Source: Betaproteobacteria bacterium SG8_39
Lineage (GTDB): Bacteria > Pseudomonadota > Gammaproteobacteria > Burkholderiales > SG8-39
DNA length: 64,000 nucleotides
Direction of reading: 5' to 3'
NCBI GenBank assembly: GCA_001303445.1
Contig: LJTQ01000002.1
Coordinates: forward strand, 10,596-74,595
The position numbers and the translations under genes were made by a program. Of this stretch, positions 19,731 to 29,057 are shown one piece after another; the stretch's first letter is position 1, and each line of letters starts with the position of its first letter. The notes beneath the pieces are model-generated. The model was not told the DNA's origin and made no database searches. It saw nothing but the letters and a program-made list of their open reading frames with translations.

Positions 19731-20668
19731 GCATCCTCGTCACGGGTTCGATCGCCTACGACACCATCATGGTGTTCCCCGACCGGTTCAAGAATCACCT
19801 GCTGCCCGAGCAGCTGCACATCCTGAATATCTGCTTCCTCACGCCGGAAATGCGTCGCGAGTACGGCGGCACAGCCGGCAACATCAGCTACAACCTGCGC
19901 CTGCTGGGCGAGGCGCCGATCGTCATGGCCACTGTGGGCGAAGACAGCCAGCCCTATCTTGAGCGGCTCGACGAGCTGGGAATCGCGAACGGGCAGCTCA
20001 AGCGCATCCGCGGCCAATTCACCGCGCAGGCCTTTATCACGACCGACCTGGACGACAACCAGATCACGGCGTTCCATCCGGGCGCCATGAACTTCGCCCA
20101 TGAGAACAAAGTCACAGACGACCTCAATGCGCAGCTCGCGATCGTGTCGCCCGACGGCAAGGACGGTATGCTGCAGCATGCGCGCGAATGTGCCGAACTC
20201 GGCATCCCGTTCGTGTTCGACCCCGGACAGGGCCTGCCGATGTTCTCCGCAGACGAGCTGAGGGAGTTCGTGCGCCTGGCCGACTTTGTCGCGGTCAATG
20301 ACTACGAGGGCAAGATGCTGGAGGAAAAGTCCGGTGAAACGCTCGAGTCGGTCGCCAGCCAAGTCAAGGCGCTGGTCGTCACACTGGGCGGGCGCGGTTC
20401 GCTCGTTCTGACCGACGGCCAACGTCATGAGATTCCCTGCGTCGAGGCCGAACAGGTGGTCGATCCCACGGGCTGCGGTGACGCTTACCGTGCGGGCCTG
20501 CTGCACGGCATTGCCGCAGGCTGGGACGTTCCGACCTCAGCGCGCTTGGGCGCAGTGATGGGCGCAATCAAGATCGCACACCGCGGCGGGCAGAACCATA
20601 AACCCTCCCACGCCGAGATCGATGCCCGGTTCCGTGGCGCGTTCGATTATTCGCCCTGGGGCATGTGA
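19727..20668 (+). CDS. PfkB-family carbohydrate/nucleoside kinase
   Basis: 313 aa. GGTAGNISYNL and the C-terminal DPTGCGDAYRAG PfkB signature. Confidence 0.85.
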   Translation: MSILVTGSIAYDTIMVFPDRFKNHLLPEQLHILNICFLTPEMRREYGGTAGNISYNLRLLGEAPIVMATVGEDSQPYLERLDELGIANGQLKRIRGQFTAQAFITTDLDDNQITAFHPGAMNFAHENKVTDDLNAQLAIVSPDGKDGMLQHARECAELGIPFVFDPGQGLPMFSADELREFVRLADFVAVNDYEGKMLEEKSGETLESVASQVKALVVTLGGRGSLVLTDGQRHEIPCVEAEQVVDPTGCGDAYRAGLLHGIAAGWDVPTSARLGAVMGAIKIAHRGGQNHKPSHAEIDARFRGAFDYSPWGM

Positions 20669-20669
20669 C

Positions 20670-21194
20670 ATGCCGCGCGTCGCCGGGATCCTGTTGGCAT
20701 GCGTGATGCTGCTGGCGGGCTGCGCGACTCAGGGCCCAGAGGACGAAAGCGGTCGCGGTCCCGAACCGGCGCCCGAACAGGAGGCGCGCACCAAACCGAA
20801 GCCGCCGCCGTCGCCGCCGCGCAATGAAAAAACCGTGCGCTTCGGCACCGTGGATTCGGTCCGGCCGGTCACGCTGCCCGGAAAAGACAGTGGCGCGGGA
20901 TCTCTCATCGGCGCGGTGGTCGGCGGGATCGCAGGCGCCGAGGTCGGCAAGGGCAGCGGCTCGGCGGTGGGTGCCGTGATCGGCACCGTCGCGGGAAGCC
21001 TTGCCGGCAGTGCCATCGAAGACCATGCGACGCGGCGCGAGGCGCTGGAAATCATCGTCGAACTGGACAATACCGGCGAGCTGCGCGCCATCACGCAGGA
21101 AACGGCCGCCGGGACCTTCCTGCGCGGCGAGCGCGTGCGCCTCGTCACCGGCGGCGGCATCACGCGCGTGGAAAAACTCTCCAGGAAGGACTAG
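20670..21194 (+). CDS. outer-membrane lipoprotein with glycine-zipper domain (SlyB / 17-kDa antigen-like)
   Basis: Lipobox LLAGC after MPRVAGILLACVM. Gly-zipper GSLIGAVVGGIAGAEVGKGSGSAVGAVIGTVAGSLAGSAIE. Start at atg 20670, just after the kinase stop. Confidence 0.75.
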   Translation: MPRVAGILLACVMLLAGCATQGPEDESGRGPEPAPEQEARTKPKPPPSPPRNEKTVRFGTVDSVRPVTLPGKDSGAGSLIGAVVGGIAGAEVGKGSGSAVGAVIGTVAGSLAGSAIEDHATRREALEIIVELDNTGELRAITQETAAGTFLRGERVRLVTGGGITRVEKLSRKD

Positions 21195-21601
21195 AGCGCG
21201 GCGCGGATGCGTGCCGCGTGCGCTTCGAGCGCGGCGCGCGGCGGATTCTGCACCGGCCAGGTGAACGCCATGCCGTCGTTGGCGTAGCGCGGCACCAGGT
21301 GCACGTGGTAGTGGAGCACGGTCTGCCCGGCGGCCTCGCCGTTCGCCTGATAGACCGACAGGCCTTGCGGCGCAAAGGCCGCGCGGATCGCGCGCGCGAC
21401 TCGCACCACGGTACGCGCGATGCTCGCCGCCTGCGCCTCGTCGAGCGCGTACACGTCTTTCGCGTGCAGCTTCGCCGCGACCAGCACGTGGCCCGGGTTC
21501 ACCTGGCCGATGTCCATGAAAGCGACACACGCATCGTCTTCGGTCACTTTGGTCGCCGGAATCTGCCCGGCGACGATCTTGCAGAACACGCAGTCGGTCA
21601 T
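21191..21601 (-). CDS. HIT family protein (histidine triad hydrolase)
   Basis: CVFCKI... and the HYHVHLVPR histidine triad. Confidence 0.85.
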   Translation of the reverse strand: MTDCVFCKIVAGQIPATKVTEDDACVAFMDIGQVNPGHVLVAAKLHAKDVYALDEAQAASIARTVVRVARAIRAAFAPQGLSVYQANGEAAGQTVLHYHVHLVPRYANDGMAFTWPVQNPPRAALEAHAARIRAAL

Positions 21602-21613
21602 TGCCAGCCTCCT

Positions 21614-22432
21614 TCAGTCCTCACCCGGCACACGATGGCGGGCGCAGGGCAGCTGCGTCAGCGCCCGGTCCTCCAGCCGCAGCGCGCTGAGTGCTCCGCC
21701 CCAGACGCATCCCGTGTCAAGCACCGCGAGGCGCTCGGTGAGCTTGAGACCGAGGGTCGACCAGTGCCCGCAAACAATCGCCGCCTCTGCGCGCGTCGGC
21801 CGCGCCTCGAACCAGGGAAGGTAGCCCGCCGGGGCTTCGCGTCCCTTGGCACGAACGTTCATCCGTCCCTCGAGCGTGCAGAATCGCATCCGCGTCATCG
21901 CATTCACCAGCACGCGCAGGCGATCCCAGCCGGTCAGTGCCTCGTCCCAATGGTCGGGCGCGCCACCGTAGAGGTGCGCGAGGAACTCGCCGTAATTGGG
22001 CGCTGCGAGTGCGCGCTGTACTTCCTCCGCTAGCGCACGCGCCATGGAAATCGTCCACTGCGGCAGCAAACCGGCGTGCACCATCGCGTAGTTCCGCTCG
22101 ACATGCATCAGGGGGCGTGAGCGCAGCCAGTCGACCAGCTCGCGTGCATCCGGCGCATCGAGCACCCGGTCCAGCGTGTCGCCCGTGCGCGGTTTCTCGT
22201 GACCCTCGAACACGCAGAGCAGGTGAAAGTCGTGATTGCCGAGCACGGTGACCGCCCGTTCGCCAAGATCGCGCACGAAGCGCAGCACTTCGAGAGACTG
22301 CGGACCACGGTTGACGAGATCACCGACGAACCACAGGCGGTCGTGCCGAGAATCGAAGTCGAGCCGGGCAAGCAGCGCCTGCAGCTCGTCGAAGCAGCCC
22401 TGAACGTCGCCGATCGCGTAGGTCGCCATCAC
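21614..22432 (-). CDS. apaH: symmetrical bis(5'-nucleosyl)-tetraphosphatase
   Basis: YAIGDVQGCFDEL, FVGDLVNRGPQS and GNHDFHLL metallophosphatase motifs. 272 aa. Confidence 0.9.
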   Translation of the reverse strand: MMATYAIGDVQGCFDELQALLARLDFDSRHDRLWFVGDLVNRGPQSLEVLRFVRDLGERAVTVLGNHDFHLLCVFEGHEKPRTGDTLDRVLDAPDARELVDWLRSRPLMHVERNYAMVHAGLLPQWTISMARALAEEVQRALAAPNYGEFLAHLYGGAPDHWDEALTGWDRLRVLVNAMTRMRFCTLEGRMNVRAKGREAPAGYLPWFEARPTRAEAAIVCGHWSTLGLKLTERLAVLDTGCVWGGALSALRLEDRALTQLPCARHRVPGED

Positions 22433-22452
22433 GCGCGACTATAACCGGGCGC

Positions 22453-23819
22453 TCAGAGACCTGCCGCGCGCCGGTACTGGATCGCTTCCGCGAGATGCTC
22501 GACCCGGATCGTGGCCTCACCCGCCAGGTCGGCGACCGTGCGCGCGACGCCGAGCACGCGATGGATCGCGCGTGCCGAGAGCCCGCCGCCCGATCACGCA
22601 CTGCGGCGCTGTCTTCGCCCGTGGCGGCGGCGAGGATCTCGTCATGCGCCAGCGCCGGCACCTCGACGCGCAGGTCGATGCGATCGAGCAGCGGCCCCGA
22701 GAGCTTTGCCCGGTAGCGGTCGATCTGCTCGGGCGTGCAGCGACAGCGCAGGCCCGGATGCCCGAGGTAACCGCAGCGGCAGGGGTTCATGGCGGCGACG
22801 AGCTGAAAGCGCGCCGGAAAACGCGCCTGGTGAGCGGCGCGGGCGATTGAAACGAACCCTGTCTCGAGCGGCTCACGCAGGGCCTCGAGCGCATCACGCG
22901 CGAATTCCGGCAACTCGTCGAGGAACAGCACGCCGCCGTGCGCAAGCGAGATCTCGCCCGGTCGCGGCGGATTGCCGCCGCCGACCAGCGCGCGGCTCGA
23001 CGCCGAGTGATGGGGCGCGCGCAACGGTCGCGCACCCCACTGCGCAAGGTCGAAGCCCTGGCGCGAGACCGAGTGCAGCGCGGCGACTTCGCGCGCCTCG
23101 GCCTCGCCCGGCGGCGGAAGCAATCCCGGAAATCGGGCAGCCAGCATCGACTTCCCCGTGCCCGGCGGACCGATGAGGAGCACGCCGTGATCGCCCGCGG
23201 CGGCAACTTCGAGCGCACGCTTGGCCGCGGACTGCCCCTTGACGTCGCGCAGGTCGGCAGCGCCCTGCTTGCGTTCCGGCAACGCCGGCCGGTGAACTGC
23301 GATCGGATGTTCGCCTGCAAGGTGTGCGCACACCTCGAGCAGTGATCGCGCAGGCAGCACGCGGGCGTGCCCGGCGAGCGTCGCTTCGTCCGCGTTGGCC
23401 TGCGGGAGGACGAAGGCACGCTGCGCGCCCTTGGCGTTGAGCGCCATGGCAAACGCGCCGCGCAGCGGTCGCAGCTCACCGGAGAGTGACAGCTCGCCCG
23501 CAAACTCGTGGTCTGCGAGGGCCGCGCGATCGAGTTGGCCGCTCGCCGCGAGAATGCCGATCGCCATCGGCAGATCGAAGCGGCTCGAATTCTTTGGCAG
23601 ATCAGCCGGGGCGAGATTCACGGTGATCCGTCGCTGCGGAAACTCGAAGCGCGCGTGATTGAGCGCGGCGCGCACCCGGTCCTTGGCCTCGCGCACCTCC
23701 GCCTGCGGCAGCCCGACGATATGAAAGGCGGGCAGGCCCGGCCCGAGGTGCACCTCGACGGCGACCTCCGGCGCATCGATTCCGGCGAGTGCACGGCTCG
23801 GCACCTGCGCAAGCGACAT
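22453..23819 (-). pseudogene. yifB: YifB/ComM family Mg-chelatase-like AAA+ ATPase, disrupted by an internal deletion plus frameshift
   Basis: From MSLAQVPSRALAGIDAPEV (cat 23817-23819) through the Walker A (GPPGTGKSM), VLFLDELPEF and LLDRIDLRVEVP...[12 protein letters not shown], the frame is YifB-like. The conserved C-terminus [43 protein letters not shown]-stop (stop at 22453-22455) is in a different frame. About 40-50 residues normally lying between these blocks are missing. Junction at about 22582-22593. Confidence 0.8.
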
Positions 23820-23883
23820 GCGTTTTTCCCCCTGCTGCAGGGGAGCAACGCCGCAAGCCGCAGTCCGGTTTACCGGGTGTGCG

Positions 23884-24135
23884 TCAGGCGTCCGACGCCG
23901 CGCGGCCGCGCGCCTCGATCGCAGCGAGCCGCGACTCGAGGGTTTCGAGCTGTGTCTGCGCGCGCTCGAGGAGCTTTTTCTGCACCTCGAAGTCCTCTCG
24001 CAGCACCAGGTCGTAGCGGTCGAAGAATGCGCCAAGCAGCGCGTGCAGATTCTTGTCCAGGTCCTGTGCGGGCGACTCGCGCATCGCCTCGGCGATGCGC
24101 TCGCCGAGCTCGTCGATCAGTCGCTTATCGGTCAT
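23884..24135 (-). CDS. ubiK: UbiK/YqiC family accessory factor (coiled-coil)
   Basis: 83 aa. MTDKRLIDELGERIAEAM...LVLREDFEVQKKLLERAQTQLETLESRL resembles the UbiK/BMFP family. Start at cat 24133-24135. Confidence 0.7.
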   Translation of the reverse strand: MTDKRLIDELGERIAEAMRESPAQDLDKNLHALLGAFFDRYDLVLREDFEVQKKLLERAQTQLETLESRLAAIEARGRAASDA

Positions 24136-24290
24136 TCGAAAAGGGTCTCGCGGAGGGCGTTTCGAGTCTAGCACCGGCGATGCACCGATACCGGGCATGG
24201 GCCTGGCGGGAGGATCCAGACTGGTGCACTGCATCCGCCACCCGATCCCACGGTGTAGCTAACCCATTGAAAAAGCAATGGAATGACTTC

Positions 24291-24306
24291 TGGCATGGAA
24301 GCTGCA
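24291..24306 (+). promoter_or_regulatory. candidate sigma-54 (-24/-12) promoter for the porin-glnK-amtB unit
   Basis: TGGCATGgaagCTGCA versus the consensus TGGCACG-N4-TTGCA. The invariant GG and GC are at the correct spacing. It lies 46 nt upstream of the porin ATG, with GGGAG as the SD. Confidence 0.55.
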
Positions 24307-24351
24307 AGAAGGGACTCGTCATTTTTCCTTCACACCCCAGGGAGCAGCACC

Positions 24352-25158
24352 ATGCGTAAAACACTTCTCACCCTCGCGCTCGGCAGCACGCTTTGCGTAC
24401 CCGCACTCGCGCAGGCACAAGCGCAGTCGCCGCATTCGTTCAGTGCCAACGTCGGCCTGTACAGCGAGTACGTCTTCCGCGGCATCAAGCAGACCTCGGG
24501 CGAGCCCGCGTTGCAGGGCGGGTTCGACTACGCGCACTCGAGCGGCCTCTACCTCGGCACCTGGGCGTCGAACATCAGCTGGCTCGAGGACTTCGGCTCG
24601 TACACCCGCTCCAGCCTGGAGTGGGACTTCTACGGCGGCTACAAGGCCAACATCGGCAAGAGTGACTTCTCGTTCGACGTCGGCACGATCTACTACTACT
24701 ACCCGGGCAACAAGAACCCGAACATCGTCGACGCCAACACCTGGGAGATCTACGCCGGGCTCGGCTGGAAGTTCCTGGGAATGAAGTATTCCTACAGTAT
24801 CAATGACTACTTCGGCGCCCGGCCGACCGGCAGCAAGACCGACGGCACCTGGTATCTCGATTTCTATGCGGACTACCCGATCGGTAACAGCGGCTTCTCG
24901 GTAAACGCGCACTACGGGATCCTGGACGTAAACAGCGATGGCAGTCAGGCCGCGGCAACGGAAGCGTCCTACAACGACTGGAAAATCGGGGCGAAGTACG
25001 TGGTGCCCTCGGGAACCCTCAAGGACCTGACCCTCGGCGCGTACTACGCCGACAACGACGTCAAGAAGAACGCCGCTGGGACGAGCTTCTACGTCGATGC
25101 GAACGGCTACAACACGGCGAAGGATTCGTTCGTCGTGTACGTCAGCAAATCGTTCTAA
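24352..25158 (+). CDS. TorF-family putative outer-membrane porin
   Basis: Signal peptide MRKTLLTLALGSTLCVPALAQA. SEYVFRGIKQTSGEPALQGGFDYAH..GLYLGTWASN is typical of the proteobacterial TorF/TIGR02001-type beta-barrel, and the sequence ends in an aromatic residue (F). Confidence 0.75.
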   Translation: MRKTLLTLALGSTLCVPALAQAQAQSPHSFSANVGLYSEYVFRGIKQTSGEPALQGGFDYAHSSGLYLGTWASNISWLEDFGSYTRSSLEWDFYGGYKANIGKSDFSFDVGTIYYYYPGNKNPNIVDANTWEIYAGLGWKFLGMKYSYSINDYFGARPTGSKTDGTWYLDFYADYPIGNSGFSVNAHYGILDVNSDGSQAAATEASYNDWKIGAKYVVPSGTLKDLTLGAYYADNDVKKNAAGTSFYVDANGYNTAKDSFVVYVSKSF

Positions 25159-25557
<399 letters not shown>

Positions 25558-25566
25558 GAGAAACCG

Positions 25567-26844
25567 ATGAAAACCCTGATTGCATTTCTCGGCTTGCTGC
25601 TCTCGGCCGGCGTAGCGCACGCGGCCGATGCGAAGCTGGACACCGGTGATACGGCCTGGATGCTGGTCTCTACGGTCCTCGTCGTCATCATGATCGTGCC
25701 CGGGCTGGCCCTGTTCTATGGCGGCATGGTGCGCGCCAAGAACGTGCTCTCGGTGCTGATGCAGGTGCTCGTCGTCTTCTCGATGATGTCGATCCTCTGG
25801 GCGCTGTTCGGCTACAGCCTTGCCTTCAGCGAGGGCAACAGCTTCATCGGCGGTTTCGGCAAGGCGTTTCTCTCCGGCATCAAGCCGGACAGCCTGCAGG
25901 GGACCATCCCGGAGCTGCTGTTCGCGGCCTTCCAGCTCACCTTCGCGGCCATTACGCCGGCGCTGATCGTCGGCGCCTTCGCCGAGCGGATGAAGTTCTC
26001 CGCGGTGCTCTGGTTCATGGCGCTTTGGCTGTTCGTCTGCTACGTGCCGATCGCGCACATGGTCTGGGGCGGCGGCTGGATCGGCGGCATGGGCGCGATC
26101 GACTTCGCCGGCGGCACGGTGGTGCACATCAACGCCGGGGTCGCAGGCCTGGTTGCGGCGATCGTACTCGGCAAGCGCAAGAGCTACGGCAAGCTGGCAA
26201 TGCCGCCGCACAACCTGACGTTCACGCTCACCGGGGCGGCCCTGCTCTGGGCCGGCTGGTTCGGCTTCAACGCCGGCAGCGCGGTCGCGGCGAACGGCAG
26301 CGCAGCGCTGGCAATGATGAATACGCAGCTCGCCACCGCAGCCGCGGTGCTCGGCTGGACCTTCGCCGAGTGGATCATCAAGGGCAAGCCGAGCCTGCTC
26401 GGTGCCGCCTCGGGGGCGGTCGCGGGCCTGGTCGCCATCACGCCGGCCTGCGGCAACGCCGGGCCGATGGGTGCCATCATGCTCGGCGCGCTCGCCGGCA
26501 TCGTCTGCTTCTGGGCGGTGGCCTCGCTGAAGAAGATGTTCGGCTACGACGACTCGCTCGACGTTTTCGGCGTGCACGGCGTCGGCGGCATCGTCGGTGC
26601 AATCAGCATCGGTGTGCTCGCCTCGCCGGGTCTCGGTGGCGCAGGCTTCGGCGGCGAGATCAAGGGCATCGGCGGGCAGCTCGCCGCCCAGTTCGCCGGC
26701 GTCGGCTTCACGATCGTCTACACCGCGATCGCGACGTTCATCATTCTCAAGCTGGTCGACATGTTCACCGGTTTGCGGGTCACGGACGAGCAGGAGACCG
26801 AAGGGCTCGACGTCGCAGAGCACGGCGAGAGCGCCTACAGCTGA
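25567..26844 (+). CDS. amtB: ammonium transporter
   Basis: 425 aa, multi-TM. DFAGGTVVHINAGVAGL and DDSLDVFGVHGVGGIVG signatures. Confidence 0.95.
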   Translation: MKTLIAFLGLLLSAGVAHAADAKLDTGDTAWMLVSTVLVVIMIVPGLALFYGGMVRAKNVLSVLMQVLVVFSMMSILWALFGYSLAFSEGNSFIGGFGKAFLSGIKPDSLQGTIPELLFAAFQLTFAAITPALIVGAFAERMKFSAVLWFMALWLFVCYVPIAHMVWGGGWIGGMGAIDFAGGTVVHINAGVAGLVAAIVLGKRKSYGKLAMPPHNLTFTLTGAALLWAGWFGFNAGSAVAANGSAALAMMNTQLATAAAVLGWTFAEWIIKGKPSLLGAASGAVAGLVAITPACGNAGPMGAIMLGALAGIVCFWAVASLKKMFGYDDSLDVFGVHGVGGIVGAISIGVLASPGLGGAGFGGEIKGIGGQLAAQFAGVGFTIVYTAIATFIILKLVDMFTGLRVTDEQETEGLDVAEHGESAYS

Positions 26845-26866
26845 ACGCAGGCCGTTCGGCAACACG

Positions 26867-26898
26867 ACGGGGCGCCCCTGGGCGCCCCGTTTTGTTTT
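26867..26898 (+). terminator. rho-independent terminator after amtB
   Basis: Perfect 10-bp stem ACGGGGCGCC / GGCGCCCCGT (26867-26876 / 26881-26890), loop CCTG, followed by TTTGTTTT. Confidence 0.8.
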
Positions 26899-27352
26899 AG
26901 TCCGGACAGAGCTTGCCGAGCAGCATCAGCAGGCGGGCGCGCTCTGCGCCCGTCAGGCGCGCGGTGACACGCGCCTCATGGTCTGCGATGCGGCGCTTGA
27001 CGCGCGCGAGCAGCAGCCGTCCACCCCGGGTCAGCCACAGACCATTGGTTCGCCGGTCACTGCCCTTGCGCCGCTCGAGCCAGCCGCGCGACTCGAGCGC
27101 GTCCAGCACACCGACCATCGTCGAGCGGTCAAGCGCCATGGCCTGCGCCAGCCGGCTCTGCGTAACACCCGGATTGGCCTCGATCAGCATCAGCAGGCCC
27201 GCGCGGCCCGGCGACAAATCCGGGATGCTCGCGGCGAAATCGCGAAACAGCTCCTGCTGCGCGCGCCGCAGCCGATAGCCGATCAGGTCCGAGAGCTCGC
27301 CCTGCGCGAGGCGCGGTGCGGTCGGGCGCGGCTCAGGCGCGCGGCGCTTCAT
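26897..27352 (-). CDS. MarR family transcriptional regulator
   Basis: 151 aa. A winged-helix region (LLMLIEANPGVTQSRLAQAMALDRSTMVGVLDALESRGWLERR) is typical of MarR. Confidence 0.85.
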   Translation of the reverse strand: MKRRAPEPRPTAPRLAQGELSDLIGYRLRRAQQELFRDFAASIPDLSPGRAGLLMLIEANPGVTQSRLAQAMALDRSTMVGVLDALESRGWLERRKGSDRRTNGLWLTRGGRLLLARVKRRIADHEARVTARLTGAERARLLMLLGKLCPD

Positions 27353-27370
27353 GGGATTGACGCATGATTC

Positions 27371-27418
27371 GTTTGTGTCCCAAACAGTTTGACGCTCGAA
27401 CGTTCAGGGCGCTAGCAT
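27371..27418 (+). promoter_or_regulatory. candidate MarR operator (GTTTG-N5-CAAAC) and sigma-70-like promoter for the CoA-ligase gene
   Basis: Inverted repeat GTTTGtgtccCAAAC at 27371-27385, then TTGACG (27389-27394), an 18-nt spacer and TAGCAT (27413-27418). TTGACGC also occurs at 27357-27363. Read by eye only. Confidence 0.3.
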
Positions 27419-27480
27419 GCCAGAACACATCCCGCATGCCTGCCCCGAGTCGACCGCTGCCTCGTTGAGCGGCCCTTCCC

Positions 27481-29019
27481 ATGAACGCGGCCGAAAACCT
27501 GCTGGGCGAAGATGCATTGGCGCGGCACGGCCAGCGCACCGCGCTGATCTGCGGCGAGGATCAACTGAGCTACGCCGATCTGGCGCGGCAGGTGCGTCGC
27601 GCGGCCGGGGTAATGAGCGGACTGGGGCTGCGCCCGGGCGAGCGTGTCCTGCTGCTGATGCGCGACACGCCCGAAATGGCGGCCGCCTGGCTTGGCATCG
27701 TGCGCGCAGGCGGGGTCGCGGTCGCGCTCAATACGAAGCTCTCCGAGGAGGACTACCGGCATATCCACGCCGACAGCGCCGCGCGCATCACGCTGATCGA
27801 GGACGTTTTCGCCACCGCACGGCCGGATCTGACGCGCGAGTTCGCGGCGCACGGCGGGCTGGCCGTGGCCGGCCGCGTCGGCGGTGCGCAGGCCATTGAC
27901 TGGCGCGCGACGTTGGCCGCGGCGCGCGAGGACACGCCGGTCTTCGACGCGCGCGCCGAAGACCCCGCGTTCTGGCTGTACTCGTCGGGCACCACCGGCC
28001 GACCCAAGGGCATCATCCACACGCAGGCGAACCTGATGTGCGCCGGCATGGGCCAGCGCGAGGTACTGGCGCTCGGCCCGGATGACCGGGTGCTCGCCAC
28101 GTCGAAGCTGTTCTTCTCGTACGCCCTCGAGCACGGCCTGCTCGGACCGCTTTCGATCGGCGCCACCGCGGTGCTCCATCCCGACTGGGCCGAAGCGGAG
28201 GCGATCTGCGCGCTGGTCGAGCGCTGGCGTCCGAGCGCGTTCTACAGCGTGCCGTCGTTCTATCGCCGCCTGCTCGATGTCCCGCCGCGCGAGCGCGCGG
28301 CGCTTGCCGAAGTGCGTTTCTACGTCTCCGCCGGCGAGCGCCTGCCCGTTTCGGTGAACGACGCCTGGCAGCGCGCCACCGGGCGCGAGATCCTGGGCCT
28401 GTACGGCATGTCCGAGACGTTCTGCGTCGCCATGATGACGCCACCGGGCAGCGTGCGCGGACCACGGACCGGGAAACCGCTCTCCGGGGTCGAGGCGCAG
28501 CTGCGCGACGAGAGCGGCGGCGAGGTCGGAGCCGGCAAGCCTGGCGTGCTCTGGCTGCGCCACCCGTCGATTGCGCTCGGCTACGCCAATCGGCCCGAGG
28601 CGACCCGCGAGCAGTTCGTCGACGGCTGGTTCTGTACGCGCGACGTATTCGTGCGCGACGCCGACGGGTTCTATGCCCATCAGGGCCGATCGGACGATTT
28701 CATCAAGGTCGCCGGGCAGTGGGTGCAGCCGGGCGACGTCGAAGAAATCGTGCTTGGCGCGCCCGAGATTGTCGAGGCGGCCTGCGTGCCGGTCACCGAC
28801 GAGGCGGGATTCGAACGGCTGGCCCTGTTCGTCGTTCCGGCAACCGCCGCCGAGGCCGCGCTCGCTGCCGCGCAAAGCGCCTGCGAGGCGCAGCTGCCCC
28901 GCTTCAAGCGGCCGCGATGGCTGCGCGCGGTACCCGAGATTCCGCGCACGGCGACTGGAAAGATGCAACGCTTCAAGCTGCGCGAAATGCTGGAGCGGGA
29001 ACTGGGCGCCCGAGGCTAG
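27481..29019 (+). CDS. AMP-dependent aryl-CoA ligase (benzoate-CoA ligase family)
   Basis: 512 aa. AMP-binding motif WLYSSGTTGRPKGIIH, YGMSETF and C-terminal PRTATGKMQRFKLR. The overall pattern resembles benzoate/hydroxybenzoate-CoA ligases. Confidence 0.85.
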   Translation: MNAAENLLGEDALARHGQRTALICGEDQLSYADLARQVRRAAGVMSGLGLRPGERVLLLMRDTPEMAAAWLGIVRAGGVAVALNTKLSEEDYRHIHADSAARITLIEDVFATARPDLTREFAAHGGLAVAGRVGGAQAIDWRATLAAAREDTPVFDARAEDPAFWLYSSGTTGRPKGIIHTQANLMCAGMGQREVLALGPDDRVLATSKLFFSYALEHGLLGPLSIGATAVLHPDWAEAEAICALVERWRPSAFYSVPSFYRRLLDVPPRERAALAEVRFYVSAGERLPVSVNDAWQRATGREILGLYGMSETFCVAMMTPPGSVRGPRTGKPLSGVEAQLRDESGGEVGAGKPGVLWLRHPSIALGYANRPEATREQFVDGWFCTRDVFVRDADGFYAHQGRSDDFIKVAGQWVQPGDVEEIVLGAPEIVEAACVPVTDEAGFERLALFVVPATAAEAALAAAQSACEAQLPRFKRPRWLRAVPEIPRTATGKMQRFKLREMLERELGARG

Positions 29020-29057
29020 AATCCGCCTTCATTTGATCACTTGAACGACAGGCAACC

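Noticed and set aside
22320-24035. Taking the 571-aa ORF as an intact YifB/ComM
   Set aside because: The N-terminal 72 residues precede the real start (MSLAQV...). The C-terminal roughly 90 residues are out-of-frame read-through that overlaps apaH. The genuine C-terminus ends at 22453 in another frame.
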